Shown here: one piece after another, positions 12,176-24,139 of the stretch
Numbering within the stretch: position 1 is the stretch's first letter
Layout of the letters: the number at the start of each line of letters is the position of its first letter
Assembly (NCBI GenBank): GCA_963763775.1
Contig: CAVXPZ010000001.1
Coordinates: 224,001 to 288,000, forward strand
DNA: 64,000 nucleotides
DNA from: an uncultured Chloroflexia bacterium
Lineage (GTDB): Bacteria; Chloroflexota; Limnocylindria; Limnocylindrales; CSP1-4
Direction: 5' to 3'
Position numbers and translations under genes: made by a program
The notes under the pieces: generated by a model
The model's input: only the letters and a program-made list of their open reading frames with translations
Told to the model about the DNA's origin: nothing
Databases searched by the model: none

Positions 12176-13123
12176 ATGCAGAGCGCCGACGTCCGGACCG
12201 GCACCGGGACGATCCCGGTCGCCCACCGAGGTCGACGAGGTCGATCTCGTCCCCGTCCGCACGTACTGGCAGCTCGTTCGCCAGCGGTTCCTCCGCCACC
12301 AGCTCGCGGTCATCGGCTCGTCGTGACGCTGCTGATCATCATCATCGTCGCGATCGTCGTCCCGTTCGTGACCGGCGAACCAGTACCAGAAGACCAACCT
12401 CGCGCTGATCAACGCCGGCCCGACGCTCTCGGCGCCGCTCGGCTACGACGAGATCGGCCATCAACAAGTTCCTGCGCCTCGCCAAGGCGACGCCAGACGT
12501 CGCTGATCATCGGGTTCGCGTCGGTCATCCTGATCGTCGGGATCGGCGCCGCTCATCGGGTCGCTCGCCGGCTACTTCGGCGGCAAGATCGACAACGTGC
12601 TGATGCGACTCGTCGACGTCGTGCTGTCGCTCCCGTACCTTCTTCCTGATCCTGCTGATCGTGTCGTTCTTCGGGATCCGGCGACATCCGGGTCATCGTC
12701 ATCGCGATCGGCCATCACCGGCTGGACGACGGCCGCCCGGCTCGTGCGCGCCGAGTTCCTCCACCTGCGCGAGATGGACTTCGTCGCCGGCGGCGAAGGC
12801 CCTCGGCGCCTGCGAACCGCCGGATCATCACCCGCCACATGCTGCCGGGCGCGATGGCCCCGCTCGTCGTCGCCTGCTACGCTCGGCGTCGCCGACTCGA
12901 TCGTCGGCGAGGCGGCGCTGTCGTTCCTGGGCTTCGGCATCGCGCCGCCCGAGGCGAGCCTCGGCACATGCTCAACGGCTACCAGGACTACTTCTACCGC
13001 GCACCCGCAGCGGATCTTCTATCCGGGCCTCGTCCTCGTCGTGATCGTCCTGTGCGCCAGCTTCCTCGGCGACGGCCTCCGCGACGCCCTCGACCCGCGC
13101 CAGCGAGTCGAGAGTCGACCTGA
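12176..13123 (+). CDS. Peptide ABC permease (OppC/DppC-like), multiple frameshifts
   Basis: Fragments across frames: YWQLVRQRFLRHQL, LGYDEIG, LMRLVDVVLSLP, GWTTAARLVRAEFL, EAALSFLGFG, FLGDGLRDALDPR. 3' end approximate. Confidence 0.85.
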
Positions 13124-13129
13124 CCGGAC

Positions 13130-14194
<1,065 letters not shown>

Positions 14195-14204
14195 CGCGTC
14201 GACG

Positions 14205-15443
14205 ATGAGCGAGGCGAGCGGTGGACAGCCGTCGCCACGTCCGAGCCGCCCGTCGCCGACCGGCGCGTCCGACGACGTCCTGATCCGCGTCCGCGACGTC
14301 GTCAAGCACTTCGAGATCAGGGGCGGCCTGCTGGGCATCGTCGAAGGTCGGCGCCGTCCGGGCCGTCGACGGCGTCTCGTTCGACGGTCCGCGAGCGGCG
14401 AGACGCTCGGCCTGGTGGGCGAATCCGGCTGCGGCAAGACGACCCTCGGCAAGGTCATCCTGCGCCTGCTGCCGCCCACGTCGGGCGAGGTCACGATTCA
14501 AGGGCGAGCCGATCTTCGACGTCCCGAACCGCCGCGGAGAAGAAGGCCGGCGAGAAGCCGTTCTACGCCTCGAGCGCGAAGATGAAGACGATCCGCCGCG
14601 ATCTCCAGGTCGTCTTCCAGGACCCGTACGCCAGCCTCAATCCGCGCATGTCGGTCGGCGAGATCATCGGCGAGGGCCCGCTGGTCCACGGGATGACCGA
14701 CAAGACCAAGCGCGAGGCGCTCGTCCGCGAGCTGCTGGGCAAGGTGGGCCTCAACCAGAGCCACATCCACCGCTATCCGCACGAGTTCTCGGGCGGCCAG
14801 CGGCAGCGCATCGGCATCGCGCGAGCGCTCGCGGTGAACCCGGACTTCATCGTCTGCGACGAGCCCGTGTCGGCGCTCGACGTGTCGATCCAGAGCCAGG
14901 TCCTCAACCTGCTCGACGACCTCCAGAAGGAGTTCGGGCTGACGTACCTGTTCATCGCCCACAACCTCGCCGTCGTCGAGCACATCAGCGACCGGGTCGG
15001 CGTGATGTACCTCGGGCAAGATGGTCGAGCTCGCGAGCGTCGACGAGCTGTACTCGAACCCGCGCCACCCCTACACGGTGGCCCTCCTGTCGGCCATCCC
15101 GAACCCGAACCCGCGGCGTCCGCAAGAAGCGGCTCGTGCTCAAGGGCGACATCCCGTCGCCGGCGAGCGCCGCCGTCAGGCTGCCGGTTCCACACGCGCT
15201 GCTGGCTGCGCGAGCGGCTCGGGAACCCGGAGCGCTGCGTCGACCGAGGAGCCGGTCTTCCGCGATATCGCGCCCGGCCACCAGTCGGCGTGCCACTTCG
15301 CGGAGGAGATGACGACCGTGGGCGACGAGGTCGCGGCCGCGATCGGGACGACAGCGCCGCAGCGACCCGCGACCGCGCCGGCCGTCGAGGCCCCGCCGCC
15401 CCCGGTCATCCCGCCGACGCCGCCGAGCGCGCCGCCGGCCTGA
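14205..15443 (+). CDS. Peptide ABC ATPase (OppF/DppF-like), multiple frameshifts
   Basis: [52 protein letters not shown]. Confidence 0.9.
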
Positions 15444-15462
15444 TCGTGCCAGGGATCCCCGG

Positions 15463-15849
15463 TCAGCTCCCCATGCGGTCGATGTTGACCGTCCAGGTCG
15501 TGCAGCCCGGGTCGGCCTGGGTCAGCACGTAGGCGTCGTCGAGCACGTTGGACATGATCGAGTTGAAGGTCGGCAGGTTCGACTTCTTGGCGTAGGTGAA
15601 CCCCTTCGACTGCCCGGCGAGGGTGAAGTCGACGCTCTTGCAGTCGGGCGCGGACCAGCCGAAGCGATACAGACCGGACTGGAGCTGGAAGGGCGTCGCG
15701 GCCGTCTCGGGGGTCACGACGATCTTGGACTGGGCGGGCGCGAGGCTGCCGGCGGCCGCGGCGTCGTCACCGCCGCCGCCACACGCGGCGACCGCCATCA
15801 CGATCCCGATGAGGAGGCCGGCTCGGCGAAGGTGTCGCGGACGGATCAT
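15463..15849 (-). CDS. Small hypothetical lipoprotein
   Basis: MIRPRHLRR, hydrophobic stretch and lipobox VAAC; two Cys (PDCK, PGCT); SD AAAGGGAG. Confidence 0.7.
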   Translation of the reverse strand: MIRPRHLRRAGLLIGIVMAVAACGGGGDDAAAAGSLAPAQSKIVVTPETAATPFQLQSGLYRFGWSAPDCKSVDFTLAGQSKGFTYAKKSNLPTFNSIMSNVLDDAYVLTQADPGCTTWTVNIDRMGS

Positions 15850-15899
15850 GGGGCTCCCTTTCCTGTTCGACCGGCTGTTGGCCGTCGGTCGAGACCGGC

Positions 15900-17003
15900 T
15901 CACGATGGTGGGGCTGCGGGTTGTCGGAAGTGGCATGCGACCAGGTGGTCCTGGCCGATGTCGACGAGCGCCGGGACGTCCGTGGCGCAGATGGCCGGAT
16001 CGCCCAGCTGCTGGCGCAGCGGGCAGCGCGGATGGAAGCGGCAGCCGGACGGCGGGTTCACCGGGCTGGGCACGTCGCCCTTGAGGATGACCCGCTGACG
16101 GCGCAGCTCCGGGTCGGGGATGGGGATGGCCGACATCAGCGCGTCCGTGTACGGGTGCTCCTGGTGGCGGAACAGCTCGCGGCGGTCGGCGAGCTCGGCG
16201 ATCCGCCCGAGGTACATGACCGCGACGCGGTCGCTGATGTGCTCGACCACGCCCATGTTGTGGGCGACGAAGACGTACGTGAGCCCGAGCTCGCGCTGCA
16301 GGTTCTTGAGCAGGTTCAGGACCTGGGCCTGGATCGACACGTCGAGCGCCGAGACCGGCTCGTCGCAGACGACGAGGTCGGGCTCGAGGACGAGCGCCCG
16401 CGCGATGCCGATGCGCTGGCGCTGGCCGCCGGAGAACTCGTGCGGATACCGGCGCGCGTGGTACGGCTGCAGCCCGACCATGTCCATGATCCGGCGGATC
16501 TTCGCCTCGCGCTCCTGGCTCGTGCCGAGCTGGTGGATCCGCAGACCCTCGCCGATGCTGTCCGCGATCGGGGTGCGCGGATCGAGGCTGGCGTACGGGT
16601 CCTGGAAGATGATCTGCATCCGGCGCCGGAACGGCTTGAGGTCGTTGCCCTTGAGCCCGGTGATGTCCTGGCCGTCGAACCGGATCGTGCCAGAGGTCGG
16701 CTCGATGAGGCGCAGCAGGAGCCGGCCGACCGTGGTCTTGCCGCAGCCGGACTCGCCGACGAGACCGAGCGTCTCGCCGCGCCGGACCTCGAAGCTGACG
16801 CCGTCGACCGCCTGGACCGTCCCGATCTGACGCTGGAGGATGCCGCCGCGGACCGGGAAGTGCTTCACGAGGTCGCGGACTTCGACGAGTGGCTGTTCAC
16901 CCGCGACGGTGACCGACCCGGTCGCCGCCGTGTGCGCCCCGAGCGCCCCCAGGGGCACAGGGACCGCCGTGGCGCCGTCAACGGGCATCGCCGGCTCGTT
17001 CAT
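15900..17003 (-). CDS. dppF: Dipeptide ABC ATPase (DppF-like)
   Basis: [34 protein letters not shown]; intact ORF. Confidence 0.93.
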   Translation of the reverse strand: MNEPAMPVDGATAVPVPLGALGAHTAATGSVTVAGEQPLVEVRDLVKHFPVRGGILQRQIGTVQAVDGVSFEVRRGETLGLVGESGCGKTTVGRLLLRLIEPTSGTIRFDGQDITGLKGNDLKPFRRRMQIIFQDPYASLDPRTPIADSIGEGLRIHQLGTSQEREAKIRRIMDMVGLQPYHARRYPHEFSGGQRQRIGIARALVLEPDLVVCDEPVSALDVSIQAQVLNLLKNLQRELGLTYVFVAHNMGVVEHISDRVAVMYLGRIAELADRRELFRHQEHPYTDALMSAIPIPDPELRRQRVILKGDVPSPVNPPSGCRFHPRCPLRQQLGDPAICATDVPALVDIGQDHLVACHFRQPAAPPS

Positions 17004-18127
17004 GCGGCTGGGCCGTCAGGTCGTGGCAGGACGCGTCCTGCGGTGTCGTGATAGAGCCAGCAACGGACGCGGTGGTCGGCGCCGACCGGCAGGAGCTCGG
17101 GATGGACCTCGGTGGCGATCCGCACGTCCTCCTCGACCCGGGCGGTGCAGCGCGGCGCGAACCGGCAGCCGCTCGGGAGGTCGATGAGGTTGGGCACGTT
17201 GCCCGGGATGACGGCCAGCTCGTCCTTGACATTGCCGACCACGGGGATCGAGCCGATCAGCCCCTGCGTGTAGGGATGCATCGGCCGCCGGAAGAGCGAG
17301 GTCACGTCGGTCTCTTCGACGATCTCGCCCGCGTACATCACGGCGACGCGGTCGCACATCTCGGCGACCACGCCGAGGTCGTGCGTGATGAGGATGATCG
17401 CCGTGCCGGTCTCGTCGCGGAGGTTGCGCATCAGGTCGAGGATCTGGGCCTGGATCGTGACGTCGAGCGCGGTGGTCGGCTCGTCGGCGATCAGCAGCTC
17501 GGGCTCGCACGCGAGCGCCATGGCGATCATCACGCGCTGGGCCATGCCGCCGGACATCTCGTGCGGGTACGCCTTCAGGCGTCGTTCGGGGTCCGGGATG
17601 CCCACCATGCGGAGCAACTCGAGCGCGCGGGCGTGCGCGGCCGTGCCCTTCATCCCGCGGTGGATGCGAAGGACCTCCTCGATCTGATGGCCGACGTCCC
17701 AGACCGGGTTCAAGGACGACGTCGGCTGCTGGAAGATCATGCTGATCCGGTCGCCGCGGATCTTGCGCATCTCGTCCTGGGACTCCTTGAGCAGGTCTCG
17801 CCCGTCGAAGATGACCTCCCCGGCATCGATGGTGCCGGGCTTGGCGACGAGGCGCAGGATCGAGAGGCTCGTCACGCTCTTGCCGCAGCCGGACTCGCCG
17901 ACGAGACCCATGATCTCGCCGCGATCGACGTGGAAGTCGATACCGTCCACGGCCCGGACGAGCCCGTCACGCGTCTTGAACGAGGTGTACAGGCCCTTGA
18001 CGTCGAGCAGGCGCTCCCCGGCCGGGCGACGATCGCGTCGGGCGCCCGGTGGGACCAGCTCCTCGATCGTGGTCTCGTCGAGGGCCGGGCCCAGGGTCGG
18101 CGTGGGGGACGTGTCGAGCGAGGTCAT
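17000..18127 (-). CDS. dppD: Dipeptide ABC ATPase (DppD-like)
   Basis: ATG 18127 overlaps the dppC stop; [28 protein letters not shown]. Confidence 0.93.
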   Translation of the reverse strand: MTSLDTSPTPTLGPALDETTIEELVPPGARRDRRPAGERLLDVKGLYTSFKTRDGLVRAVDGIDFHVDRGEIMGLVGESGCGKSVTSLSILRLVAKPGTIDAGEVIFDGRDLLKESQDEMRKIRGDRISMIFQQPTSSLNPVWDVGHQIEEVLRIHRGMKGTAAHARALELLRMVGIPDPERRLKAYPHEMSGGMAQRVMIAMALACEPELLIADEPTTALDVTIQAQILDLMRNLRDETGTAIILITHDLGVVAEMCDRVAVMYAGEIVEETDVTSLFRRPMHPYTQGLIGSIPVVGNVKDELAVIPGNVPNLIDLPSGCRFAPRCTARVEEDVRIATEVHPELLPVGADHRVRCWLYHDTAGRVLPRPDGPAA

Positions 18128-19104
18128 CGGTTGAGCCGCGGGTCGAGCGCGTCGCGCAGGCCGTCGCCGAGCAGGTTGAAGCCGAGGACCACCAGCGTGA
18201 TCGCGAGGCCGGGGAAGAAGATCAGGTGCGGCGCCGAGAAGAAGAGGTTGCGGTCGAGCGCGATCATCGACCCCCACTCCGCCTGGGGCGGCTGCGCGCC
18301 GAGGCCGATGAACGAGAGTGCGGCGACCTCGAGGATGGCGCCGCCGATGCCGAGCGTGCCCTGGACGATCGCCGGCGTGAGCGCGTTGGGGAGGACCCGG
18401 CGCATGAGGATGCCGCGTTGCGACTCCCCGAGGGCGCGCGACGCGGTCACGTAGTCCGTCTCCCGGACCGACAGGACCGATGCGCGCATGACCCGTGCGT
18501 AGATCGGGATGGCGACGATCGCGATGGCCATCTGGGCGTTGATGAGGCCGGGGCCGAGGACGGTCACGATGGCGATGGCGAGCACGAGGCTCGGGAACGA
18601 CAGGACCACGTCCATGATCCGCATCAGGACGTTGTCCGAGCGGCCGCCGAAGAACCCGGCCGCGGCCCCGATGACCGACCCGATGATGATGGCCAGGCCC
18701 ACGGTCAGGAACCCGATCTGCAGCGAGATCCTCGAGCCGTACAGGACGCGGCTGAACTCGTCGCGCAGGTTCGAATCCAGACCCATGATGTGCTGGGGCT
18801 GGGCCGCCGGACAGCCGAGCAGGTGGATGCACGGCGGGGCGCCGCGACGGCCGGCCTCCCCGAGGTCGAGCATCGAGAGGTCCGGCGGATACGGCGCGAT
18901 CACCGGGGCGAAGATCGCCACCAGGATCAGCGAGATCAGGATCGTCAACCCGACGATGGCCGAGCGTTGCCGGAGGATGTTCTTCGCGGTGTCGCGCCGG
19001 AGCGAGCTCGACTGGGGCTTCGCGACGACCTCGGGGGCGACGACGTCCTGGGCCTGCGCGTCGACGGCCGGCGCCTGCGGGTCGACGGTCGGGGAGACGC
19101 TCAT
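18124..19104 (-). CDS. dppC: Dipeptide ABC permease (DppC-like)
   Basis: ATG 19104; MGLDSNLRDEFSRVLYGSRISL, LSFIGLGAQPPQAEWG, LGDGLRDALDPR. Confidence 0.93.
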   Translation of the reverse strand: MSVSPTVDPQAPAVDAQAQDVVAPEVVAKPQSSSLRRDTAKNILRQRSAIVGLTILISLILVAIFAPVIAPYPPDLSMLDLGEAGRRGAPPCIHLLGCPAAQPQHIMGLDSNLRDEFSRVLYGSRISLQIGFLTVGLAIIIGSVIGAAAGFFGGRSDNVLMRIMDVVLSFPSLVLAIAIVTVLGPGLINAQMAIAIVAIPIYARVMRASVLSVRETDYVTASRALGESQRGILMRRVLPNALTPAIVQGTLGIGGAILEVAALSFIGLGAQPPQAEWGSMIALDRNLFFSAPHLIFFPGLAITLVVLGFNLLGDGLRDALDPRLNR

Positions 19105-20177
19105 GACAGCCGGATCCGCGGGTCGAGGAAGGCGTAGGACACGTCGACGACGAGGTTCACGACCAGGTAGATGATCGCGATCACGATCGTCACGCCCTGC
19201 ACGACACCGTAGTCGCGGCTCGAGATCGCCTCGAAGAGCGTCTTGCCCATGCCCGTGAGATTGAAGATCGTCTCGGTGAGGATGGCGCCCGACAGGAAGG
19301 CCCCGAGCGACAGGCCGATGACCGTCACCACGGGGAGCAGGGCGTTGCGCATCCCGTGGCGGACCACGACCGACTGCTCCTTGAGCCCCTTCGCCCGGGC
19401 GGTCCGGACGTAGTCGAGGCCCAGCACCTCGAGGAGGCTCGAGCGGGTCATCCGCGCGATGATCGCGAGCGGGATCGTCCCGACCGCGATCGCCGGCAGG
19501 ATCAGGTGCCGGCCGGCGTCGACGAGCTTGTCCCACTGGGCCGTGAGCAGGCTGTTGACGATGTACATGTTCGACACGAAGTCGAGGATCGCCCGGGGCG
19601 GCCCCTCGAGGTTCTGCATGCCCCAGGCGACCGCAAGCGGGGTGACGGTCACGCCCGGTGACAGCCGTCCCGACGGCGGGAGCGCGAACGGGGTGCCCTT
19701 CAGGAGCACGGCGAAGATGAACGCGAGCAGCAGGCCCAGGACGAAGACCGGCGTCGACACACCAAGGTTCGCGAAGACCATGGTGCCGACATCCGACGGC
19801 GAGTTGCGCCTCGTCGCGGAGACCACACCGAGGATGACCCCGAAGATCGCCGCGAACAGCAGCGCGAGGATCGTCAGCTCTACGGTGACCGGCAGTCGTT
19901 CCACGAGGATGTCGCTGACCGGCCGGCCGAGTCGGATGGATTCGCCGAGATCGCCCTGGAAGAGCGCCCCGACGTAGATCAGGAACTGCTGCCAGATCGG
20001 CTGGTCGAGGCCGTACCGGACGGCGAACTGGGCGCACAGCTGCGGGGTCGCCTTCTCCCCGTAGGTCGCCGTGCAGGGATCGCCGGGGATGACGCGGACG
20101 AGCACGAACACCAGCACGATGATCCCGAAGAGGACCGGGATGCTGGAGATCAGGCGGCGGACGATGAACTGCGCCAT
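19101..20177 (-). CDS. dppB: Dipeptide ABC permease (DppB-like)
   Basis: [54 protein letters not shown]. Confidence 0.94.
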   Translation of the reverse strand: MAQFIVRRLISSIPVLFGIIVLVFVLVRVIPGDPCTATYGEKATPQLCAQFAVRYGLDQPIWQQFLIYVGALFQGDLGESIRLGRPVSDILVERLPVTVELTILALLFAAIFGVILGVVSATRRNSPSDVGTMVFANLGVSTPVFVLGLLLAFIFAVLLKGTPFALPPSGRLSPGVTVTPLAVAWGMQNLEGPPRAILDFVSNMYIVNSLLTAQWDKLVDAGRHLILPAIAVGTIPLAIIARMTRSSLLEVLGLDYVRTARAKGLKEQSVVVRHGMRNALLPVVTVIGLSLGAFLSGAILTETIFNLTGMGKTLFEAISSRDYGVVQGVTIVIAIIYLVVNLVVDVSYAFLDPRIRLS

Positions 20178-20231
20178 CCGGTACTGCGCCTCGGATCGTC
20201 AGCGGACGCGATGCGCTCGCGCCCGGATTCG

Positions 20232-20262
20232 CGAAGGGCGCCGCCGGTGGCGGCGCCCTTCG
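20232..20262 (-). terminator. 14-bp perfect stem-loop between SBP and permease genes
   Basis: CGAAGGGCGCCGCC-ggt-GGCGGCGCCCTTCG about 20 nt after the SBP stop; usual position for a stoichiometry-setting hairpin. Confidence 0.7.
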
Positions 20263-20283
20263 ACGAGCGGTTCGGTTCGGTGC

Positions 20284-22068
20284 CTAGCTCGCCGGCGCCG
20301 GAGGCGGCGGGTTCAGGAACCCACCGAACAGGCCGGAGAGATACGGGAACGACCCGTCGCGACCCTTGTGGAGCGGGTTGTCCGCATCCCACTGGACCGC
20401 GAAGGACTCGACGACGTCGTTGGCGTCGAGCGTGGCCCCGTCGTGGAACGTCACCCCGTCTCGCAGGGTGCAGGTCCACTGGGTCAGGTCGGCATTCGGG
20501 GTGCAGCCGGTCGCCAGTGCGGGAATGGCGGCGGTGCCACCGACCTCGTAGGCATACAGGGACTCCGACATCATCTCGCACGCGCGGAGCGACTCGCCAT
20601 CGGACTCATCGGCGCAGTACAGCCCGATCGGCTCGGCGTTCTGCATCCAGACGAACTGGCTGCGGTCACCGGGCGTCATGACGGCGAAGTTCTCCGTCCC
20701 GAGCGGGGACGAGTGCGCGTTCTGGACGTCGGCCCGATAGGCGACGGCGGAGCCGCCGTGCGCGATCGGGACCATCGGGACGTGCGCCTTGATGGCGTTG
20801 TTGGCGGTGGTGTACGCCGGGGCACGGGCCGCGTCGTCCTTCCCGCCAGCGCCTTCGGTCAGCGCCGCGGTGATGTCGTCGAAGTGGGTACCGAACTGCT
20901 TGGAAGCGCCGGTCCCGAAGTGGAAGTCGAGGAAGTTGGTGATATCCGGGTAGTCCGCGCCCCAGCCGAGGAGGTGGATGCCATCGAGCTTGCCGTTGTT
21001 GGCGTTGTCGATGAACGTCCCGGACTCCTGGACGTCGATCTTGGCGTTGATCCCCAGGTTCTTCTTGAGCTGGGCCTGGATGTCCTGCGCCACGACGTTC
21101 GGATCGGGCAGATAGCCGCGCACGACGTCGCGGTAGTGGATGGTGGTGTCGAACCCGTTCGGGAAGCCGGCCTCGGCGAGGAGGGCCTTGGCCGCCGCGG
21201 GATCGAAGTCGTACCAGTCGTCACCCGCGCACCCGTTCGGGATCGAGCACGGCGTGAAGTGGGTCGCGACCTCGGAGCCGGCCGGGTAGAAGTTGTCCAC
21301 GATGCGCTTCCGGTCGATGCCCATGGCGATCGCCTGGCGGACCTTCTCGTTGTCGAACGGCGCGAAGGTGTTGTTGAAGCCGACGTAGAAGGTGTTCAGC
21401 CCGTCGCGCGGCTTCAGCTGGAGGTCCGGGTTGGACGAGACGGTGCCGAAGTCGGTCGGCCCGACGTTGTCGATGCCGTCGACGGTGCCCGAGGAGAGCT
21501 CGACGAGGCGCTGGGCGGCCTCGGTGCTCCATCGGAAGATGAGCTTCTCGGACTTGGCCTTGTCGCCCCAGTAGTTGTCGTTGCGGCTCATGGTGATGTC
21601 CGAGCCCTTGTTCCAGGCGTCGAGCTTCCACGGGCCGGTGCCGTTGACTTCGGAGACGATCTTCTGCGACGTCGCGGCCGGGTCGATGTGCGACTCGAGC
21701 CAGGCGGTGTCGTTGATCGCGAACGACGAGAAGGCGATCTTCGAGAGGAAGGCCACATCCGGATTGCAGAGGTCGAAGACGACGGTCTTCGCATCCGTGG
21801 CCGAGATCTTCTTGAAGTTGCCCGTGTACTTGTCGTGCGTGGCGTCTGGCGCGGCCGCCTGACCGCACGGGGCCTCGCCCGTTGCCGGATAGGTCATCGC
21901 CGTGTACGGCGCCTCGGCGCTGGCCGAGGGCGCGGCAGCGGATGGTGCGGCGGCCGACGCGGCGGCACTGGGCGCGGATGACGCTTGCTGCGTCCCGCTA
22001 CACGCCGCGAAGACGATCGCTACCACCGCCAACACGGCGAAGGGCGACCACCTCGGTGATCGTTGCAT
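20284..22068 (-). CDS. Family-5 ABC substrate-binding lipoprotein, circularly permuted domain order
   Basis: Lipobox FAAC; NGTGPW and FDNEKVRQAIAMGID come early, while TLRDGVTFHDGATLDANDV is at the extreme C-terminus; SD GAGGAGGAG before ATG 22068. Confidence 0.92.
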   Translation of the reverse strand: MQRSPRWSPFAVLAVVAIVFAACSGTQQASSAPSAAASAAAPSAAAPSASAEAPYTAMTYPATGEAPCGQAAAPDATHDKYTGNFKKISATDAKTVVFDLCNPDVAFLSKIAFSSFAINDTAWLESHIDPAATSQKIVSEVNGTGPWKLDAWNKGSDITMSRNDNYWGDKAKSEKLIFRWSTEAAQRLVELSSGTVDGIDNVGPTDFGTVSSNPDLQLKPRDGLNTFYVGFNNTFAPFDNEKVRQAIAMGIDRKRIVDNFYPAGSEVATHFTPCSIPNGCAGDDWYDFDPAAAKALLAEAGFPNGFDTTIHYRDVVRGYLPDPNVVAQDIQAQLKKNLGINAKIDVQESGTFIDNANNGKLDGIHLLGWGADYPDITNFLDFHFGTGASKQFGTHFDDITAALTEGAGGKDDAARAPAYTTANNAIKAHVPMVPIAHGGSAVAYRADVQNAHSSPLGTENFAVMTPGDRSQFVWMQNAEPIGLYCADESDGESLRACEMMSESLYAYEVGGTAAIPALATGCTPNADLTQWTCTLRDGVTFHDGATLDANDVVESFAVQWDADNPLHKGRDGSFPYLSGLFGGFLNPPPPAPAS

Positions 22069-22244
22069 GCTCACGACTCCTCCTCTGTGCCCCTCGCCCG
22101 GACCGTCATGCCTCCCTGTCCGTGCTGTCAGGGGCGGGGCGCGACCACACAGGGCCGATTTCGGCCCGCGGGTGCCCGGAAGCCTAGCACCGGCAGGGAG
22201 TCGCCGTCACCATCCGGATCGAGGGGTACCGTATGCTCCGACGC

Positions 22245-23240
22245 GTGACGAGGATACGGATCGCGCTCGCGCAGATCGCCCCGGGGCTGGGCGCGCTGGA
22301 GCGCAACCTGGCGACGCACCACGCGCTCCTCGCGCAGGCTCGCACCGAGGGCGCGGACCTCGTCGTCTTCCCGGAGCTCGGCCTGACCGGCTACCTGCTC
22401 CAGGATCTCGCCGCCGAGGTCGCGATGCGGCTCGACGACCGCCGGCTCGCCGAGCTCGCCGCTGCGACCCACGGCCTCTCGGCCGTGGTCTCGTTCGTCG
22501 AGGAGTCGGCCGACCATCGCCTGTTCATCGCGGCGGCGCTCCTCGAGGACGGCGAGATCCGCCACGTCCATCGCAAGCTGTTCCTGCCGACCTACGGGCT
22601 CTTCGACGAGCGCCGCTTCTTCGCCGCGGGCGATGTCCTGCGCGCCACGCCGTCGCGCCTCGGCGTCGGGATCGGGATCGCCGTGTGCGAGGACTTCTGG
22701 CACCTCTCCGTGCCGCAGCTGCTCGCGCTGGACGGTGCGCAGATCCTCATCAACGTGTCGTCGTCGCCGGGTCGCGATCTCGCGGCGACCAACGAGGTCG
22801 GCCTGGGCACGGCGGCCTCGTGGCGCACGCTGATGCGAACGTACGCCCAGCTGACGACCTCGTTCGTGGTCTTCTGCAACCGCGTGGGGGTCGACGAGAG
22901 CATCTCCTTCTGGGGTGGCTCCGAGGTGATCGCCCCGACCGGTGCCGCGGTCTTCAGCGCCCCCTTGTACGACGAGGGCCTGTTCACCGTCGACATCGCC
23001 TCGGCCGACATCCGCCGGGAGCGGATCTCGCTCCCGCTCCTGCGGGACGAGCGCCCGGAGCTCCAGGCACGCGAACTCGGCCGGATCGTGGCCGAACGGG
23101 CGGGGATGGCGCGGGATTCGACCGCGGATCCCGACGCCGAGGCCGGCCTTGACGTGGCACCCGGCGAAGCGGCCGGGTCGCCGATCGGGTTCGGGGCCGC
23201 CGGGCGCGGCCCGGGGCCGGCGACGGACCATGGCCGATGA
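22245..23240 (+). CDS. Nitrilase-fold carbon-nitrogen hydrolase; stand-alone glutaminase subunit of NAD synthetase
   Basis: Triad motifs FPELGLTGY, HRKLFLPTYGLFDERRFF and VCEDFW; overlaps the nadE start; GTG 22245 follows a TATGCT -10 box. Confidence 0.88.
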   Translation: MTRIRIALAQIAPGLGALERNLATHHALLAQARTEGADLVVFPELGLTGYLLQDLAAEVAMRLDDRRLAELAAATHGLSAVVSFVEESADHRLFIAAALLEDGEIRHVHRKLFLPTYGLFDERRFFAAGDVLRATPSRLGVGIGIAVCEDFWHLSVPQLLALDGAQILINVSSSPGRDLAATNEVGLGTAASWRTLMRTYAQLTTSFVVFCNRVGVDESISFWGGSEVIAPTGAAVFSAPLYDEGLFTVDIASADIRRERISLPLLRDERPELQARELGRIVAERAGMARDSTADPDAEAGLDVAPGEAAGSPIGFGAAGRGPGPATDHGR

Positions 23241-24139
23241 CGCGGCCCGAGCCCCCGGCGACCGACGTGACTGAGGCGGTGACGTCGGCTCCCGCCTTCG
23301 AGCTGCCGACGGAGCTCGCCATCGACACGGATGTCGCGCGGCGCGTCATCGCGGAGTTCATCCGCGGCCAGCTCGCCCAGGCCGGGTTCGAACGGGCCGT
23401 GCTGGGACTGTCGGGCGGCATCGATTCGGCGCTCGTCGCGTATCTCACGGCCGAGGCCATCGGCGCCGAGCGCCTGCTCTGCGTGCTCATGCCGTACCGG
23501 ACGTCCTCGCCCGACTCGCGCGGCGACGCCGAGACGATCGTCGCGGCGCTGGGGTGCGCCTCGACCGTGGTCGACATCAGCCCGATGGTCGACGCGTACT
23601 TCGCCGGCCACGAGGACGCCAGCGCGCTCCGCCAGGGCAACTTCATGGCGCGGATGCGGATGTCGGTCCTGTACGACCACTCGGTGACGTTCGGCGGACT
23701 CGTCGTGGGGACCGGCAACAAGACCGAATCGCTGATCGGCTACACGACGCTCTTCGGCGATTCGGCCTGCGCGTTCAACCCGATCGGCGACCTCTACAAG
23801 AGCCAGGTCCGCCAGGTCGCCGTCGCGATCGGCGTCCCCGAGGCGGTCATCCGGAAGGCGCCCTCGGCCGACCTCTGGCCGGGCCAGACGGACGAGAACG
23901 AGGGCGGGTTCGACTACCCGTCGCTGGACCGGCTGTTGTTCTGGCGCGTCGACAAGCGGCGCTCGACCGACGAGCTCGTCGAGATGGGCTTCGATCCCGC
24001 GACGATCGCGCGTGTCGACCGGATGGTGGCGAGCGCGGAATTCAAGCGCCAGGTGCCGCCGATCGCCAAGCTCGGGCCGCGGACGGCGGGCGTCGACTAC
24101 CTCTACCCGCGCCGCCGCCCGGGATCGGCCAGGACGTGA
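23237..24139 (+). CDS. nadE: NAD+ synthetase
   Basis: GLSGGIDS, GNFMARMRM, GTGNKTE, GYTTLFGD, NPIGDLYKSQV, KAPSADLWPGQTDE. Confidence 0.95.
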   Translation: MTRPEPPATDVTEAVTSAPAFELPTELAIDTDVARRVIAEFIRGQLAQAGFERAVLGLSGGIDSALVAYLTAEAIGAERLLCVLMPYRTSSPDSRGDAETIVAALGCASTVVDISPMVDAYFAGHEDASALRQGNFMARMRMSVLYDHSVTFGGLVVGTGNKTESLIGYTTLFGDSACAFNPIGDLYKSQVRQVAVAIGVPEAVIRKAPSADLWPGQTDENEGGFDYPSLDRLLFWRVDKRRSTDELVEMGFDPATIARVDRMVASAEFKRQVPPIAKLGPRTAGVDYLYPRRRPGSART

